A DNA stretch of 64,000 bases, taken from positions 192,001 through 256,000 of the forward strand of contig CAVZLN010000003.1 in the NCBI GenBank assembly GCA_963776245.1, in the 5' to 3' direction. Of this stretch, positions 11,996 to 21,538 are shown piece by piece. The notes under the pieces are model-generated. The model was not told the DNA's origin. It saw only the letters and a list, made by a program, of their open reading frames with translations, and did no database searches. The DNA comes from Candidatus Eiseniibacteriota bacterium (GTDB taxonomy: Bacteria; Eisenbacteria; RBG-16-71-46). Made by a program: the position numbers and the translations under genes. The first letter of the stretch is position 1. Each line of letters starts with the position of its first letter.

Positions 11996-14788
11996 TCACC
12001 TCCCTGCGTGCGGGATCATGTCCGCGCCCGTCGTGGGCGTCGTGTCGGTCTCGCGTTCGACGTCCGCCAGCGCCGCCTCGAAGACCGCGATGATCTTCGG
12101 GTCGAACTGGCGCCCTCCGCATCGTCCCAACTCCTCTACCACCTGCTCGCGCGACAGGGCGGGCCGGTTCCGTCCGACCGTCAGGCCTTCCCACGCGTCC
12201 ACCACGGCCAGGATGCGGCTGCCCACCGGGATCGCCTCGCCGGCGAGCCCGCGGGGGTAGCCCGTGCCGTCCCACCACTCGTGGTGCCCGAGGACGACAT
12301 CGCGCACCGCGCCCATGGCATCGACCGGACGTAGTGTTCCGGCGCCCGCTTCCGGCTCGCGCTCCACGGGCTCGCGCCCGAGCGCGGGCAGGGCGCCGCC
12401 CGCGCCGAGGACGGCATCGCCCACGTGCGCCTCGACGGCGTCCCGGATGCTGGCCGCGAACGAGATCACGCCGACCTCGGACTCGGCGAGCCCGCAGCGG
12501 CGCGCCAGCGCCCGCGCCAGGCGCACGCGGTCGGGCGCGGCGTGGCGGCTGGGGTCGGGCAGGTGCAGGACGTCGCGCAGCGCCTGCGCCGCGTCCTGGA
12601 CGCCCTCCTGCGACTGTTCCATGGCGCGCGCCTGCTCCCACGCCGCCGCGACCCGCTCGGCGAGGTGGAGCAGCAGGTGGCAGTCCTCGGCGCCGAACGG
12701 CTGCCGCGACACCGGGTCGGTCACGCTCAGCACGCCGAGCAGGCCGCTCGGGCCCTCCAGCGGCGCGGAGAGGAAGGTGCCGGTGTGGTAGTCCGCGCGA
12801 CCCGAGGCCTGGACCTCGGCATGCGCCTCGTCGCCCTTGACGCACACCGGGCGGCGATTCTCCATCACCCAGCCGGCCACGCCCTGGCCGCGGCCGATGC
12901 GCGCGTCGCGCACCACCGCCTCGTCCAGCCCGAGCGCCGCCTGGATGCGGAGGTCCCCGCTCGCATCCGGTGCGAGCAGCGAGACCACGCGCGCGTTCAT
13001 GACTTCGGACACCATCTCGATCGCCAGCCTCAGGACGTCTTCCGACGCCATGTTGGGACGCGATCCCGCGCTCACGATGACCCGCGGACCGGTCCGCCTC
13101 GGCAACACCACCGTGAAGCGCGAGCCGTGGTCGGGGGCGTTCTCCGCCAGCACCCTCCCGCCGTGCCACTCCACGATCGACTTGCAGATCGCCAGGCCCA
13201 GACCGGTGCCTCCGTGTCGTCGCACCAGCGAGGAATCCACCTGGTAGAAGCGCTCGAAGATCTTCTCGAGCGCCGCCTCGGGGATCCCGATGCCGGTGTC
13301 CTCCACCTGGAGCGTCAGGTCGCGGGTGTCTCCCGACAGGCGGAGGACCACTTGCCCGCCCGCGGGCGTGAACTTCACCGCATTGCTGCCCAGATGAAGG
13401 ACCAACTGACGGAGTTGGTCTCGGTCGGCTTCCAGCCCGGTATCGGCCGCTTCCACCACCGTCTTGAGACACACCTGCCCCGCCTGGGCCATGGGCTCCA
13501 GCAGCCGGCTGGCCTCCCCGAGCAGCTCGGCCAGGTCCACGGTCTGGCGGCTCATCCGCATGTTCCCGGAGTCGAACCGGTTGAGGTCGAGCACCGATTC
13601 GATGAGCCGGGCCAGGCGCTGGCTCTCCTCGTCGATGATGCCGAGGAACCGTCGCGCCTGGGCCGGGGGCAGCTCGTGCTCCCCGGCCGACAGCAGGGTC
13701 TCGACGTAGGCCCGGATGGCCGTCAGCGGGGTGCGCAGCTCGTGGGAGACGGTCGAGACGAAGTTGCTCCGCAGGGTGTGGAGCTCCTGCATGCGTTTGC
13801 CGGTCCGCTCCAGCTCCGCGGTGTGCGCCTCGAGCTCGCGGTGGAGCCGGGCGTTCTCGATCGCCACCACCGCGTGGTGGCCGAAGACCTCGAGCATCTC
13901 CACCGTCTCGGTCGAGGGCACCAGCCGGTCCACCGGGTCGTCCACCGAGAAGTAGGCGATCAGCTGGCCCACCCGATTGTAGAGCGGCACCAGCAGCACG
14001 TCGTCGGAGTGCCACTCCCATTCCTCCCGCGGTCCGAGCTCCGGGGTGTGGCCGCTCGGGAGCTCGCGGTTGAACGGGTGGGTGTGGCTGATGAAATACG
14101 AGCGCGACAGCTTGAACTCGTCCTTGAGCCACCCCAGGAACTCGTCCACCCCGACCTCGTGCGCCTCGAGGCGCGCGCGCGCCTCGGCGTCGAGACCGGC
14201 GAAGGCGCGCGCGCGCAGCTGGCTGCTGCCCGGCTCGCGCACCCGGAGCAGCACCATGCGGAAGCCGAGCGTCGCCTGGATGATCTCGGCGATGCGGGCG
14301 AGCAGGCGCTCGAGATCGAGCTCGCTGTTGATCTCGACGATGTTCTGGAGGATCTGGTGGAGCTTGACGCCGCGCTTGCGGTTCTCCTCGACCTGCGTGA
14401 AATAGAGCCGCGACAGCCGCTGGCGCGTCTCGGTGAGCTCGCGCACCTGGCGGCGCAGCGATTCGGCCTCGGCCGCGGCATCCGTCGTCGGCGGGCTGCT
14501 GGCGAGCGCCGCGGCCAGGTCGGCGGTGGCCTCCGCCACCGCATCTTCGTGCGCGGCGGTCGCGGCGTCCTCGCGCGCGGTGACCGCGTGCTCCCGGGCG
14601 GCGGCGGCCACGTGGCGCGCGTCGCTCTGGGCGACGTCGTGCGTCGCGCCCGCCGCCGACACGTCGGCGGCCGTGGCGTTCTGCTTCTTGAGGCGGCTGA
14701 GCTCGCGCCGGGTGCGGTCGAGCTCCGAGCGCATGCGCAGCTCCTCGGCCGAGGGCCCGACGGCGCGTCCCTTGCGCCCGCCGCTCAC
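11996..14788 (-). CDS. GAF-histidine kinase-GAF-HD-GYP-like fusion (degenerate HD)
   Basis: STVSHELRTPLTAI, NAVKFT, DTGIGI, GGTGLGLAI; second GAF; C-terminal GHHEWWDGTGYPRGL but ASIRD where HD is expected. Start could alternatively be ATG 14734. Confidence 0.85.
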   Translation of the reverse strand: MSGGRKGRAVGPSAEELRMRSELDRTRRELSRLKKQNATAADVSAAGATHDVAQSDARHVAAAAREHAVTAREDAATAAHEDAVAEATADLAAALASSPPTTDAAAEAESLRRQVRELTETRQRLSRLYFTQVEENRKRGVKLHQILQNIVEINSELDLERLLARIAEIIQATLGFRMVLLRVREPGSSQLRARAFAGLDAEARARLEAHEVGVDEFLGWLKDEFKLSRSYFISHTHPFNRELPSGHTPELGPREEWEWHSDDVLLVPLYNRVGQLIAYFSVDDPVDRLVPSTETVEMLEVFGHHAVVAIENARLHRELEAHTAELERTGKRMQELHTLRSNFVSTVSHELRTPLTAIRAYVETLLSAGEHELPPAQARRFLGIIDEESQRLARLIESVLDLNRFDSGNMRMSRQTVDLAELLGEASRLLEPMAQAGQVCLKTVVEAADTGLEADRDQLRQLVLHLGSNAVKFTPAGGQVVLRLSGDTRDLTLQVEDTGIGIPEAALEKIFERFYQVDSSLVRRHGGTGLGLAICKSIVEWHGGRVLAENAPDHGSRFTVVLPRRTGPRVIVSAGSRPNMASEDVLRLAIEMVSEVMNARVVSLLAPDASGDLRIQAALGLDEAVVRDARIGRGQGVAGWVMENRRPVCVKGDEAHAEVQASGRADYHTGTFLSAPLEGPSGLLGVLSVTDPVSRQPFGAEDCHLLLHLAERVAAAWEQARAMEQSQEGVQDAAQALRDVLHLPDPSRHAAPDRVRLARALARRCGLAESEVGVISFAASIRDAVEAHVGDAVLGAGGALPALGREPVEREPEAGAGTLRPVDAMGAVRDVVLGHHEWWDGTGYPRGLAGEAIPVGSRILAVVDAWEGLTVGRNRPALSREQVVEELGRCGGRQFDPKIIAVFEAALADVERETDTTPTTGADMIPHAGR

Positions 14789-17097
14789 GCGGCCTCCCCG
14801 CGCGCCAGCACGCTGAGGCAGGCCGCCACCACGGCCGGGTCGAACTGCGAGCCGGCCGAACGTTCGAGTTCGGCGCGCGCGCTCTCGCGCGTCAGCGCCG
14901 GCCGCCACGGCCGTCCCAGCGTCATGCTCTCCCACGCGTCCACCACCGCCAGGATGCGCGCGCCCACCGGGATCTCGGCGCCCGCGAGGCCGCGGGGATA
15001 GCCGCTGCCGTCCCACCGCTCGTGGTGACCGAGGATGATGTCGCGCACCGTGCCCTGGTACTCGAGCGGACGCAGGATCTCGACGCTCACCTCGGGGTGG
15101 CGGAGCACCGCTTCGCGCTCCAGCACGCCCAGCGGCGCTCCGCCGCGCACCGCCTCGGGCAGCCGCGTCATGCCGACGTCGTGGATGCTCATGGCGTAGG
15201 CCACGACGTCCACGTCGGCGCCCCCGAGGCCCAGCTCGCGCGCCACGTCCCGGGCCAGGCGCACCCCCTGGTGCCCGCCGAGCAGATGATCGCGACGCAG
15301 GCGGGTGACCGAGCGCACCATCTCGAGCGCCTCCTCCACCACCCGGCCCGACTCGGGGTGCGCGCAGGCGCGCTCGAGCGCGCTGCCGATGCGGTCGACC
15401 AGCGCGCTCAGCACCGCGAGGTCGGCGTCGTCGAAGGACGTCCCGTCGCGCTTGTTGTTGACGTTGATCACGCCCAGCACCTCGCCGCCCACCCGCATCG
15501 GCACGCACAGGAGCGACTTGGTGTGGTACTGGGGATGGTTGAGGCGGCGGAAGCGCCGGTCGGTCTCGATGTTGTCCACCAGCAGCGGGCGGCCCCATGC
15601 CGCGACCGCGCCGGCCACCCCGGAGCGCACCGGCGTGCGCCGGCCCTTGAGCTGCGCGGTGTCGAGCCCGCGCGCCGCTGCCACGAACAGGTCGCCGCGC
15701 TCGGGGTCCACCAGCATGAGCGAGGAGATCTCGGCGTCCATCGCCACCGACACCATCTCGACGGTGTGGTCGAGCAGCGCGCGCAGGTCCTTGCGCGCCA
15801 GCACCAGCCGCGCGCTGCGCCGCGCCTGCGGCGAGGCCAGCTGGCGCACCGGCAGCAGGAAGTGGAATCGCGCCCCGCGCGGGGTGCGGTTCTCCACGCC
15901 GATGGCGCCGCCGTGCAGCTCCACGATGCCCCGCGCGATCGGCAGACCGAGCCCGGTGCCCTCGGGACCGTCGCTCTCGTTCACGGTGCGGGCGCGGTAG
16001 AATCGATCGAAGACGTGCGGGAGGTCGTCGGGCGCGATCCCCGGGCCGTCATCCTCGACCGCGCCCATCCACTCGTCCCCCTGCGGCCGCGCGACCAGCC
16101 GCACCGCCGAGCCGCTCGGGGCGTGCTTGACCGCATTGGTGAGCAGGTTGATGAGCAGCCGCCGCAGCAGGTCGGGATCGGCCTCGGGCTGGAGCTCGGG
16201 ATCCACGTCGAGCACCAGCTTCACCTGGCGTCCGCTCGCCAGCGGCTTGAGGCCCTCGAGCGTCTCACCCGCCAGCTCGGCCAGCGTGAAGCGCGCCAGC
16301 CGCAGCGGGCGCTGGCCCGCCTCGAGGCGCGAGAGATCGAGGATGTCGGTCACCAGCCGCCCCAGCCGGTCGCACTCGTCGTTGATGATGCCGAGGAACC
16401 GCTGGCGCGGGGCCTGCGCGTTGTGGAGGTTGTCGAGCAGCGCCTCGGTGTAGGCCTTGATGGCGGTGAGCGGGGTGCGGATCTCGTGCGCGACCACCGA
16501 CATCAGGCTCGACGAGGTCTCCTCGCTCCCCGCGAGGCGGTGCTGCAGATCGGCGACGCGACGGCGCTCGTCCTCGACCTGGCGCTCCAGCTCGCCGCGC
16601 GCCAGCGCCAGCGCGAGCGCGTCGCCGACCATCTGCACCATCAGGCGCTCGCCGGACGGCAGTGCGCGCGGCGACTCGAACACCACCAGCAGGCAGCCGT
16701 GCAGCGAGCTGCCCATCGCCAGCGGCACCGCCGCGATCGCCGCGGGCGGCGCGCTCCACAGACCGTTCTCGCGCGGCGCCGCCGGGTCCTCGCCGGCGTC
16801 GAACACCGCGCGCCCCTCGCGCAGCACGCGCTCGAGCGGACCGCCGGGCTCGGCGAGCCACGGCATGGTCATCCCGGAGGCGTCGGTGGCGAGCATCGCG
16901 CCGGTGCGCGCGTCGAGCCGCACCACCCGATGGTCCGAGGCGCCGAGCGCGCGCGCCGTGCACGCGCCGGCGATGGCGCACGCGGCATCGAGATCGGCGG
17001 TGGAACGGAGCGCGAGCAGCGCCTGCGCGAGCGGCTCCAGTCCCGCGCCCAGGGGTCCGGGCGCATCCGGGACGAGGCGCAGCAGGTCGGTCGCCAT
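14785..17097 (-). CDS. GAF-histidine kinase-GAF-HD-GYP fusion
   Basis: VVAHEIRTPLTAI, NLLTNAVKH, DDGPGI, GTGLGL; GAF (KSLLCVPM..GVINVNNK); SIHDVGM, GHHERWDGSGYPRGL, VVDAWESM. Confidence 0.87.
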   Translation of the reverse strand: MATDLLRLVPDAPGPLGAGLEPLAQALLALRSTADLDAACAIAGACTARALGASDHRVVRLDARTGAMLATDASGMTMPWLAEPGGPLERVLREGRAVFDAGEDPAAPRENGLWSAPPAAIAAVPLAMGSSLHGCLLVVFESPRALPSGERLMVQMVGDALALALARGELERQVEDERRRVADLQHRLAGSEETSSSLMSVVAHEIRTPLTAIKAYTEALLDNLHNAQAPRQRFLGIINDECDRLGRLVTDILDLSRLEAGQRPLRLARFTLAELAGETLEGLKPLASGRQVKLVLDVDPELQPEADPDLLRRLLINLLTNAVKHAPSGSAVRLVARPQGDEWMGAVEDDGPGIAPDDLPHVFDRFYRARTVNESDGPEGTGLGLPIARGIVELHGGAIGVENRTPRGARFHFLLPVRQLASPQARRSARLVLARKDLRALLDHTVEMVSVAMDAEISSLMLVDPERGDLFVAAARGLDTAQLKGRRTPVRSGVAGAVAAWGRPLLVDNIETDRRFRRLNHPQYHTKSLLCVPMRVGGEVLGVINVNNKRDGTSFDDADLAVLSALVDRIGSALERACAHPESGRVVEEALEMVRSVTRLRRDHLLGGHQGVRLARDVARELGLGGADVDVVAYAMSIHDVGMTRLPEAVRGGAPLGVLEREAVLRHPEVSVEILRPLEYQGTVRDIILGHHERWDGSGYPRGLAGAEIPVGARILAVVDAWESMTLGRPWRPALTRESARAELERSAGSQFDPAVVAACLSVLARGEAA

Positions 17098-17113
17098 GCG
17101 GGTCTTCCGTCGC

Positions 17114-18073
17114 TCAGGCGACGTCGCGCTCCGGGCCGGCGGCATCCTCGCCGCGGCGGCGCTCGCCCACCAGCACGCTGCCGGAGATGCCCTTGCCGTG
17201 CGCCTTGAGCTCCTGCGCCACGTCGATGATCTGGGCGAGGTGGGTGACCGGCATGCGGTCGGTGCTCACCAGCGCCACGGTGACGCTCATGAGCGGGAAG
17301 CTCTCGGGCACGTGGAGGCGGTTCCGCACCTCGACGTGGCCGCGCGCGACATCGACCGCGTCGTAGAGCGCCGGCACGGTCTCGTCGAACCGCGCGATGA
17401 TCTCGTGGCCGATGGCCTCCGCCTGCTCGGTCGGCGCCAGCACGATGAAGTCGTCGCCGCCGATGTGCCCGACGAACCCGGCCGCCCCGCCGAGACGCGT
17501 CACCACGTCCACCAGGATGGCCGCGAGGCGCTGGATGGCGTCGTCCCCGCGCGCGTACCCGTAGTGGTCGTTGAACGACTTGAAGAAGTCGATGTCCACC
17601 TGGAGCAGCGCGAACGGCCGGCCCGAGGCCATGCGCCGCTCGATCTCGCCGTTGATCGAGACGTTGCCCGGCAGGCCGGTGAGCGGGCTCATGGCGCGCT
17701 GCTGGCGGCTCCATTCGAGCATGTTGCGGATGCGCAGCAGGAGCTCGCGATGGTCCCACGGCTTGGTGACGTAGTCGTTCGCGCCATCGGTGAGACCGGT
17801 GAGCTTGTCCGCCACCTCGGACTTCGCCGTGAGCATGATGATCGGGAGCGTGCGCGTCTCCTGCGCCGCGCGCAGCCGGCGGCACACCTCGTACCCGTCG
17901 AGCCGCGGCATCATGACGTCGAGCAGGACCAGGTCGGGAGGATGGAGGAGCACGCTCTCGAGCGCCTGCTGTCCGTCGCGCGCCTCGATCACCTCGAAGC
18001 CGGCGCTCTCCAACTGGAAGCGCAGCACCTCGCGCAGATTCGGCTCGTCCTCGGCGATGAGGATCCTGGTCAT
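17114..18073 (-). CDS. response regulator - diguanylate cyclase (REC-GGDEF, GGDDF variant)
   Basis: ILIAEDE, LLDVMMP; SPLTGLPGN, DIDFFKSFNDHYGYARGD, HIGGDDF. Confidence 0.9.
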   Translation of the reverse strand: MTRILIAEDEPNLREVLRFQLESAGFEVIEARDGQQALESVLLHPPDLVLLDVMMPRLDGYEVCRRLRAAQETRTLPIIMLTAKSEVADKLTGLTDGANDYVTKPWDHRELLLRIRNMLEWSRQQRAMSPLTGLPGNVSINGEIERRMASGRPFALLQVDIDFFKSFNDHYGYARGDDAIQRLAAILVDVVTRLGGAAGFVGHIGGDDFIVLAPTEQAEAIGHEIIARFDETVPALYDAVDVARGHVEVRNRLHVPESFPLMSVTVALVSTDRMPVTHLAQIIDVAQELKAHGKGISGSVLVGERRRGEDAAGPERDVA

Positions 18074-18274
18074 GTCCGCACCGTTCCGGCTCCTGGGAGA
18101 TCGTCCATTTCGGATGTCGTGTCGCGCTGCCGGCCCCCGGGCGCATGCGCCGATCCCGTGCCCCGGCCCGACTCCGGCCGGAGCGCGCGGGCGCCCGAGC
18201 CGGGCCGGACACCTCGCACGGGACCGGGTTCCGGGACGGGACGCGTGGCGCGAACCCCCAGGGTTTCCCCAGAC

Positions 18275-18302
18275 TTATCGGCGCGAGGGGGCGGTTCCTT
18301 GA
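18275..18302 (-). promoter_or_regulatory. sigma28 (FliA/SigD)-like promoter
   Basis: Minus strand reads TCAAG-N15-GCCGATAA about 200 nt upstream of the REC-GGDEF start. Confidence 0.6.
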
Positions 18303-18390
18303 CCGCCGTGTGGGGGGCCCAGGGAGGGCCCCGGGGCGCCGGCGGGGCCGCGCGGCCCCGCCCCGGGAGCGGAACGCAGGCCCGGCGGGC

Positions 18391-19431
18391 TCAGCGCCCG
18401 CCCATGTCCAGCCCGGACTCCTCCAGCGCCGCCACCGCGTCGAGCTCGGGATCCTCGGCCGCGCCGCGCTCGAGCATCCAGGCGCCGAGCTGGGCGATCA
18501 TCGCGGCGTTGTCGGCGCACAGGCGCGGCGAGGGCACCCGCAGCGCCACGCCGGCGCGCGCGCAGGTCTCGGCGAGCCGGGCCCGCAGCGCGCGGTTGCA
18601 GGACACCCCGCCGCCGAGATTGAGCGCGCGCGCGTTGACCGACTCCACCGCCTTCATGGTGCGGGTCACGAGCGTGTCCACCACCGCGGCCTGGAACGAC
18701 GCGGCGACGTCGGCGACCAGGGTCGCGGGCCACGGCGGGACGCCGTGGGCACCGAGGACGTTCACCACCGCGGTCTTGAGGCCCGAGAATGAGAAGTCGA
18801 AGCCGGGCCGGTCGAGCATCGGGCGCGGGAGGTCGAAGGCCTTCGCGTTCCCCTCCGGGCTCAGGCGGTCGATCGCCGGACCGCCGGGGAAGCCGAGGCC
18901 GAGCAGCTTGGCCACCTTGTCGAACGCTTCGCCGGCGGCGTCGTCGCGAGTGCTGCCCATCCACCGGTACTCGCCCACGCCGTGCACCTCGACCAGCTCG
19001 GTGTGGCCGCCCGATACCACCAGCGCCACCGCCGGCCACGGGGAGGGCCCGTGCTCGAGCGTGCCGGCGTGCAGGTGCGCTTCGACGTGGTTGACCCCCA
19101 CCACCGGGATGCCGAGCGCGAGCCCGTAGGCCCGGGCGAAGGCCACCCCCACCACCAGCGACCCGATCAGCCCGGGCGCGCGCGTGACCGCGATGGCGGT
19201 CAGCTCGCCGGGCGCCACGCCCGCTTCGGCGAGCGCCCGCGCGACCATCGGCGGCAGGTGTTCGAGGTGCGCGCGCGAGGCCAGCTCGGGCACCACGCCG
19301 CCGTACAGGCGGTGCACGTCCTGGGCGGCGATCAGATGGGCACGCAGGCGCGTGCCGTGCTCCAGCACCGCGACGCTGGTGTCGTCGCACGAGGTCTCGA
19401 GGCCGAGCACCAGCCGGGCGGCTTCGCTCAC
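18391..19431 (-). CDS. tsaD: tRNA threonylcarbamoyltransferase subunit TsaD
   Basis: LGLETSCDDT, YGGVVPELASRAH, NHVEAH, VSGGHT, DDAAGEAFDK, FSFSGLKT, DNAAMIA. Confidence 0.95.
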   Translation of the reverse strand: MSEAARLVLGLETSCDDTSVAVLEHGTRLRAHLIAAQDVHRLYGGVVPELASRAHLEHLPPMVARALAEAGVAPGELTAIAVTRAPGLIGSLVVGVAFARAYGLALGIPVVGVNHVEAHLHAGTLEHGPSPWPAVALVVSGGHTELVEVHGVGEYRWMGSTRDDAAGEAFDKVAKLLGLGFPGGPAIDRLSPEGNAKAFDLPRPMLDRPGFDFSFSGLKTAVVNVLGAHGVPPWPATLVADVAASFQAAVVDTLVTRTMKAVESVNARALNLGGGVSCNRALRARLAETCARAGVALRVPSPRLCADNAAMIAQLGAWMLERGAAEDPELDAVAALEESGLDMGGR

Positions 19432-19757
19432 GGCTCGACCGGCGCGAGCGCGGCTTCCAGCCACGCCATGTACTTCGGCGCGCCGGCGGCGATGCGCACC
19501 GCCACGCACTCGGGGGTGTCGTACGGATGCAGCTCGTGCAGGCGCGACAGGAGCGCGGTCCAGTCCTGCTTGCGGGTCTTGAGCAGCACCACCACCTCGC
19601 GCGCGTCGGCCACCTCGCCCTGCCAGCGGTAGAGCGAGCGGGCGCCCGGCAGCAGATTGCCGCACGCGGCCAGCCGCTCCTCGACCAGCGCCTTCACGAC
19701 CCGCGCGGCGTCGTCCTCGTTCGCGAAGGTGGTGAACACCATCAGCATCTCCGTCAT
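19428..19757 (-). CDS. cutA: divalent-cation tolerance protein CutA
   Basis: ERLAACGN, SLYRWQG, LHPYDTPE. Confidence 0.9.
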   Translation of the reverse strand: MTEMLMVFTTFANEDDAARVVKALVEERLAACGNLLPGARSLYRWQGEVADAREVVVLLKTRKQDWTALLSRLHELHPYDTPECVAVRIAAGAPKYMAWLEAALAPVEP

Positions 19758-19776
19758 GGGCGTCCTCCCTGCGGCA

Positions 19777-20604
19777 CTAACGCACCCCCACCACCACCGC
19801 CAGCCACCCCGACTGCTGCTCGAAGCGCGCGCGCTGGCGGTACACCTCGTCGGGCGCATGGCGCCGCTCGTCCCAGCCCTCGACGTACACCTGCACCTCG
19901 GCGAACCCGGCCTCGAGCATCGCGTCGCGCACCTCGGGCAGCGTCCACATGCGCCAGTCGTAGGTGTACGCCCGCTCGATCGCGCGGCCGTCGCGCAGCC
20001 GGAAGTGGATGTGGCAGACCAGCCGGTGGTCGATGGGGTTGAACGACACCTGCTCCCACACGTACGTGAAGCCGGGCACGCGCTCCCCGTCGGGCCCCCG
20101 GGAGGCGGCGATGCGCCGGGTCTCGGTGAGTGGCCCCATCGCGTCGCTGCCGCCGAACGCGTTCGCGAACAGCAGCCCGCCGGGCGCCAGGCCCCGCCGG
20201 GCCGCGCGGAAGTACTCCACCAGCGCCGGGCGCTGGTGGAACACCCAGTACGAGAAGTTCATCGCACACACCACGTCCACCCGTGGCACGCGCGCGCGCC
20301 GCGCGTCGGCGCGCACCAGCGTGACGCGCCGGCCGGCCTCCCGCATGCGCGCCAGGTGGTGCGCGCGCGACCACTCGAGCGTCACGCGGTCGAGATCCAC
20401 GCCCCACGCCCGGTGCTCCGGCGCGCGCGCCGCCCACGCGCAGGAGAGCGCCGCGGTGCCGCAGAAGTCCTCCCGGAAGCGCGTGAAGCGGCCGCCCCGG
20501 ACGCGCCGGTACACGCGGGCGAAGAAGTCGAGGTCGTACTCCACGCCCTGCACCGAGGCTTCGTAGAGCACGTGGCGGTCGGGGATCGGGGTGCGGCTGG
20601 GCAT
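19777..20604 (-). CDS. class I SAM-dependent methyltransferase
   Basis: LYEASVQ, REDFCGTA, GVDLD, AMNFSY, YDWRMWTLPE. Confidence 0.8.
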   Translation of the reverse strand: MPSRTPIPDRHVLYEASVQGVEYDLDFFARVYRRVRGGRFTRFREDFCGTAALSCAWAARAPEHRAWGVDLDRVTLEWSRAHHLARMREAGRRVTLVRADARRARVPRVDVVCAMNFSYWVFHQRPALVEYFRAARRGLAPGGLLFANAFGGSDAMGPLTETRRIAASRGPDGERVPGFTYVWEQVSFNPIDHRLVCHIHFRLRDGRAIERAYTYDWRMWTLPEVRDAMLEAGFAEVQVYVEGWDERRHAPDEVYRQRARFEQQSGWLAVVVGVR

Positions 20605-20784
20605 GGCGCTCCGGCTCCGGGTTCGGACAGCCCTCATCGGCCGCGCACCGTACAACGGGCCGCCTCGCCGGGGAAAACGCACGCCGCGGGCCCGCAGGCC
20701 CGCGGCGTGTCCCGGTGGATCGGGAGGGACGGTGCCGAGGTGGACCGCGGCGCGGCGCCCCGGATGGGACGCCGCGCGCAGGAC

Positions 20785-21027
20785 TTACTTCCCGGTCGCC
20801 GGCTTCTGCTCTTCCTTCTTCTCCTCGACCTTCTTGGCGACCTTGCGCTTGGCATGTCGCTTGGCGTGCATCTTCATCTCACCCGACTTGGCCGGCGTGG
20901 TCTGCGCCGGGGCGCTCTTCGCCGGAGCCGGCGCCGGGGCCGGCGACTCCTCCGCGAACGCGAACAGCGGCAGCGTGAAGGCCATCACGAGTGCGACCAG
21001 GACGGCGACCGACAGACGGGACTTCAT
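20785..21027 (-). CDS. small secreted Lys/Ala/Pro-rich protein (acid-shock Asr-like composition)
   Basis: Signal peptide ending AFA, then PAPAPAPAK and HAKRHAKRK; GAAGGA RBS. Confidence 0.7.
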   Translation of the reverse strand: MKSRLSVAVLVALVMAFTLPLFAFAEESPAPAPAPAKSAPAQTTPAKSGEMKMHAKRHAKRKVAKKVEEKKEEQKPATGK

Positions 21028-21124
21028 GGGTTCCTTCTCCTCTGGATGGGGAGGGCGGATGCCTGGGAGCCGTCGTGCCCTCCGACGCCGACGGCTCCCG
21101 GTTCACTCGGGACCCCGCTCGCGG

Positions 21125-21538
21125 CTACTTCTGCTTCGCGATCACGTGGGGCGCCAGCTGCGCGTACTGCGCCCGGTTCACCAGCCCCCGGGTGAGCAGC
21201 TCGCTCTTGGTCTTGAACGGCCGCCCGGCCACGATCTTGGTCGCGATGGCCTCGCCGATGCCGGGGGTCTTCATGAGTTCGTCGCGGGTGGCGGAGTTGA
21301 GATCCAGCTTCGCCGCCTCGCCGACGGATCCGGCCACCTTCGGCGCCGCGGCCGGCTTCGCTCCGGGGGAAGTGGCCGCCGGAGCCGTGGTCCGGGGGGC
21401 CATGACCTTGGTCGGCGCGGCCGCGGGCGAAGCGGCCGCCGCCTTCATGCTGGGAGCGGTGGTCGTCGCGGCGAGCACCGGGGTCGCGGAGACGAGCACC
21501 ACCAGCGCGAGCGCGCCGAGGGACGTGAGACGCTTCAT
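21125..21538 (-). CDS. secreted helix-hairpin-helix (ComEA-like) protein
   Basis: Signal peptide, Ala/Pro linker, KLDLNSATRDELMKTPGIGEAIATKIVAGRPF; GGAGG RBS. Confidence 0.85.
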   Translation of the reverse strand: MKRLTSLGALALVVLVSATPVLAATTTAPSMKAAAASPAAAPTKVMAPRTTAPAATSPGAKPAAAPKVAGSVGEAAKLDLNSATRDELMKTPGIGEAIATKIVAGRPFKTKSELLTRGLVNRAQYAQLAPHVIAKQK

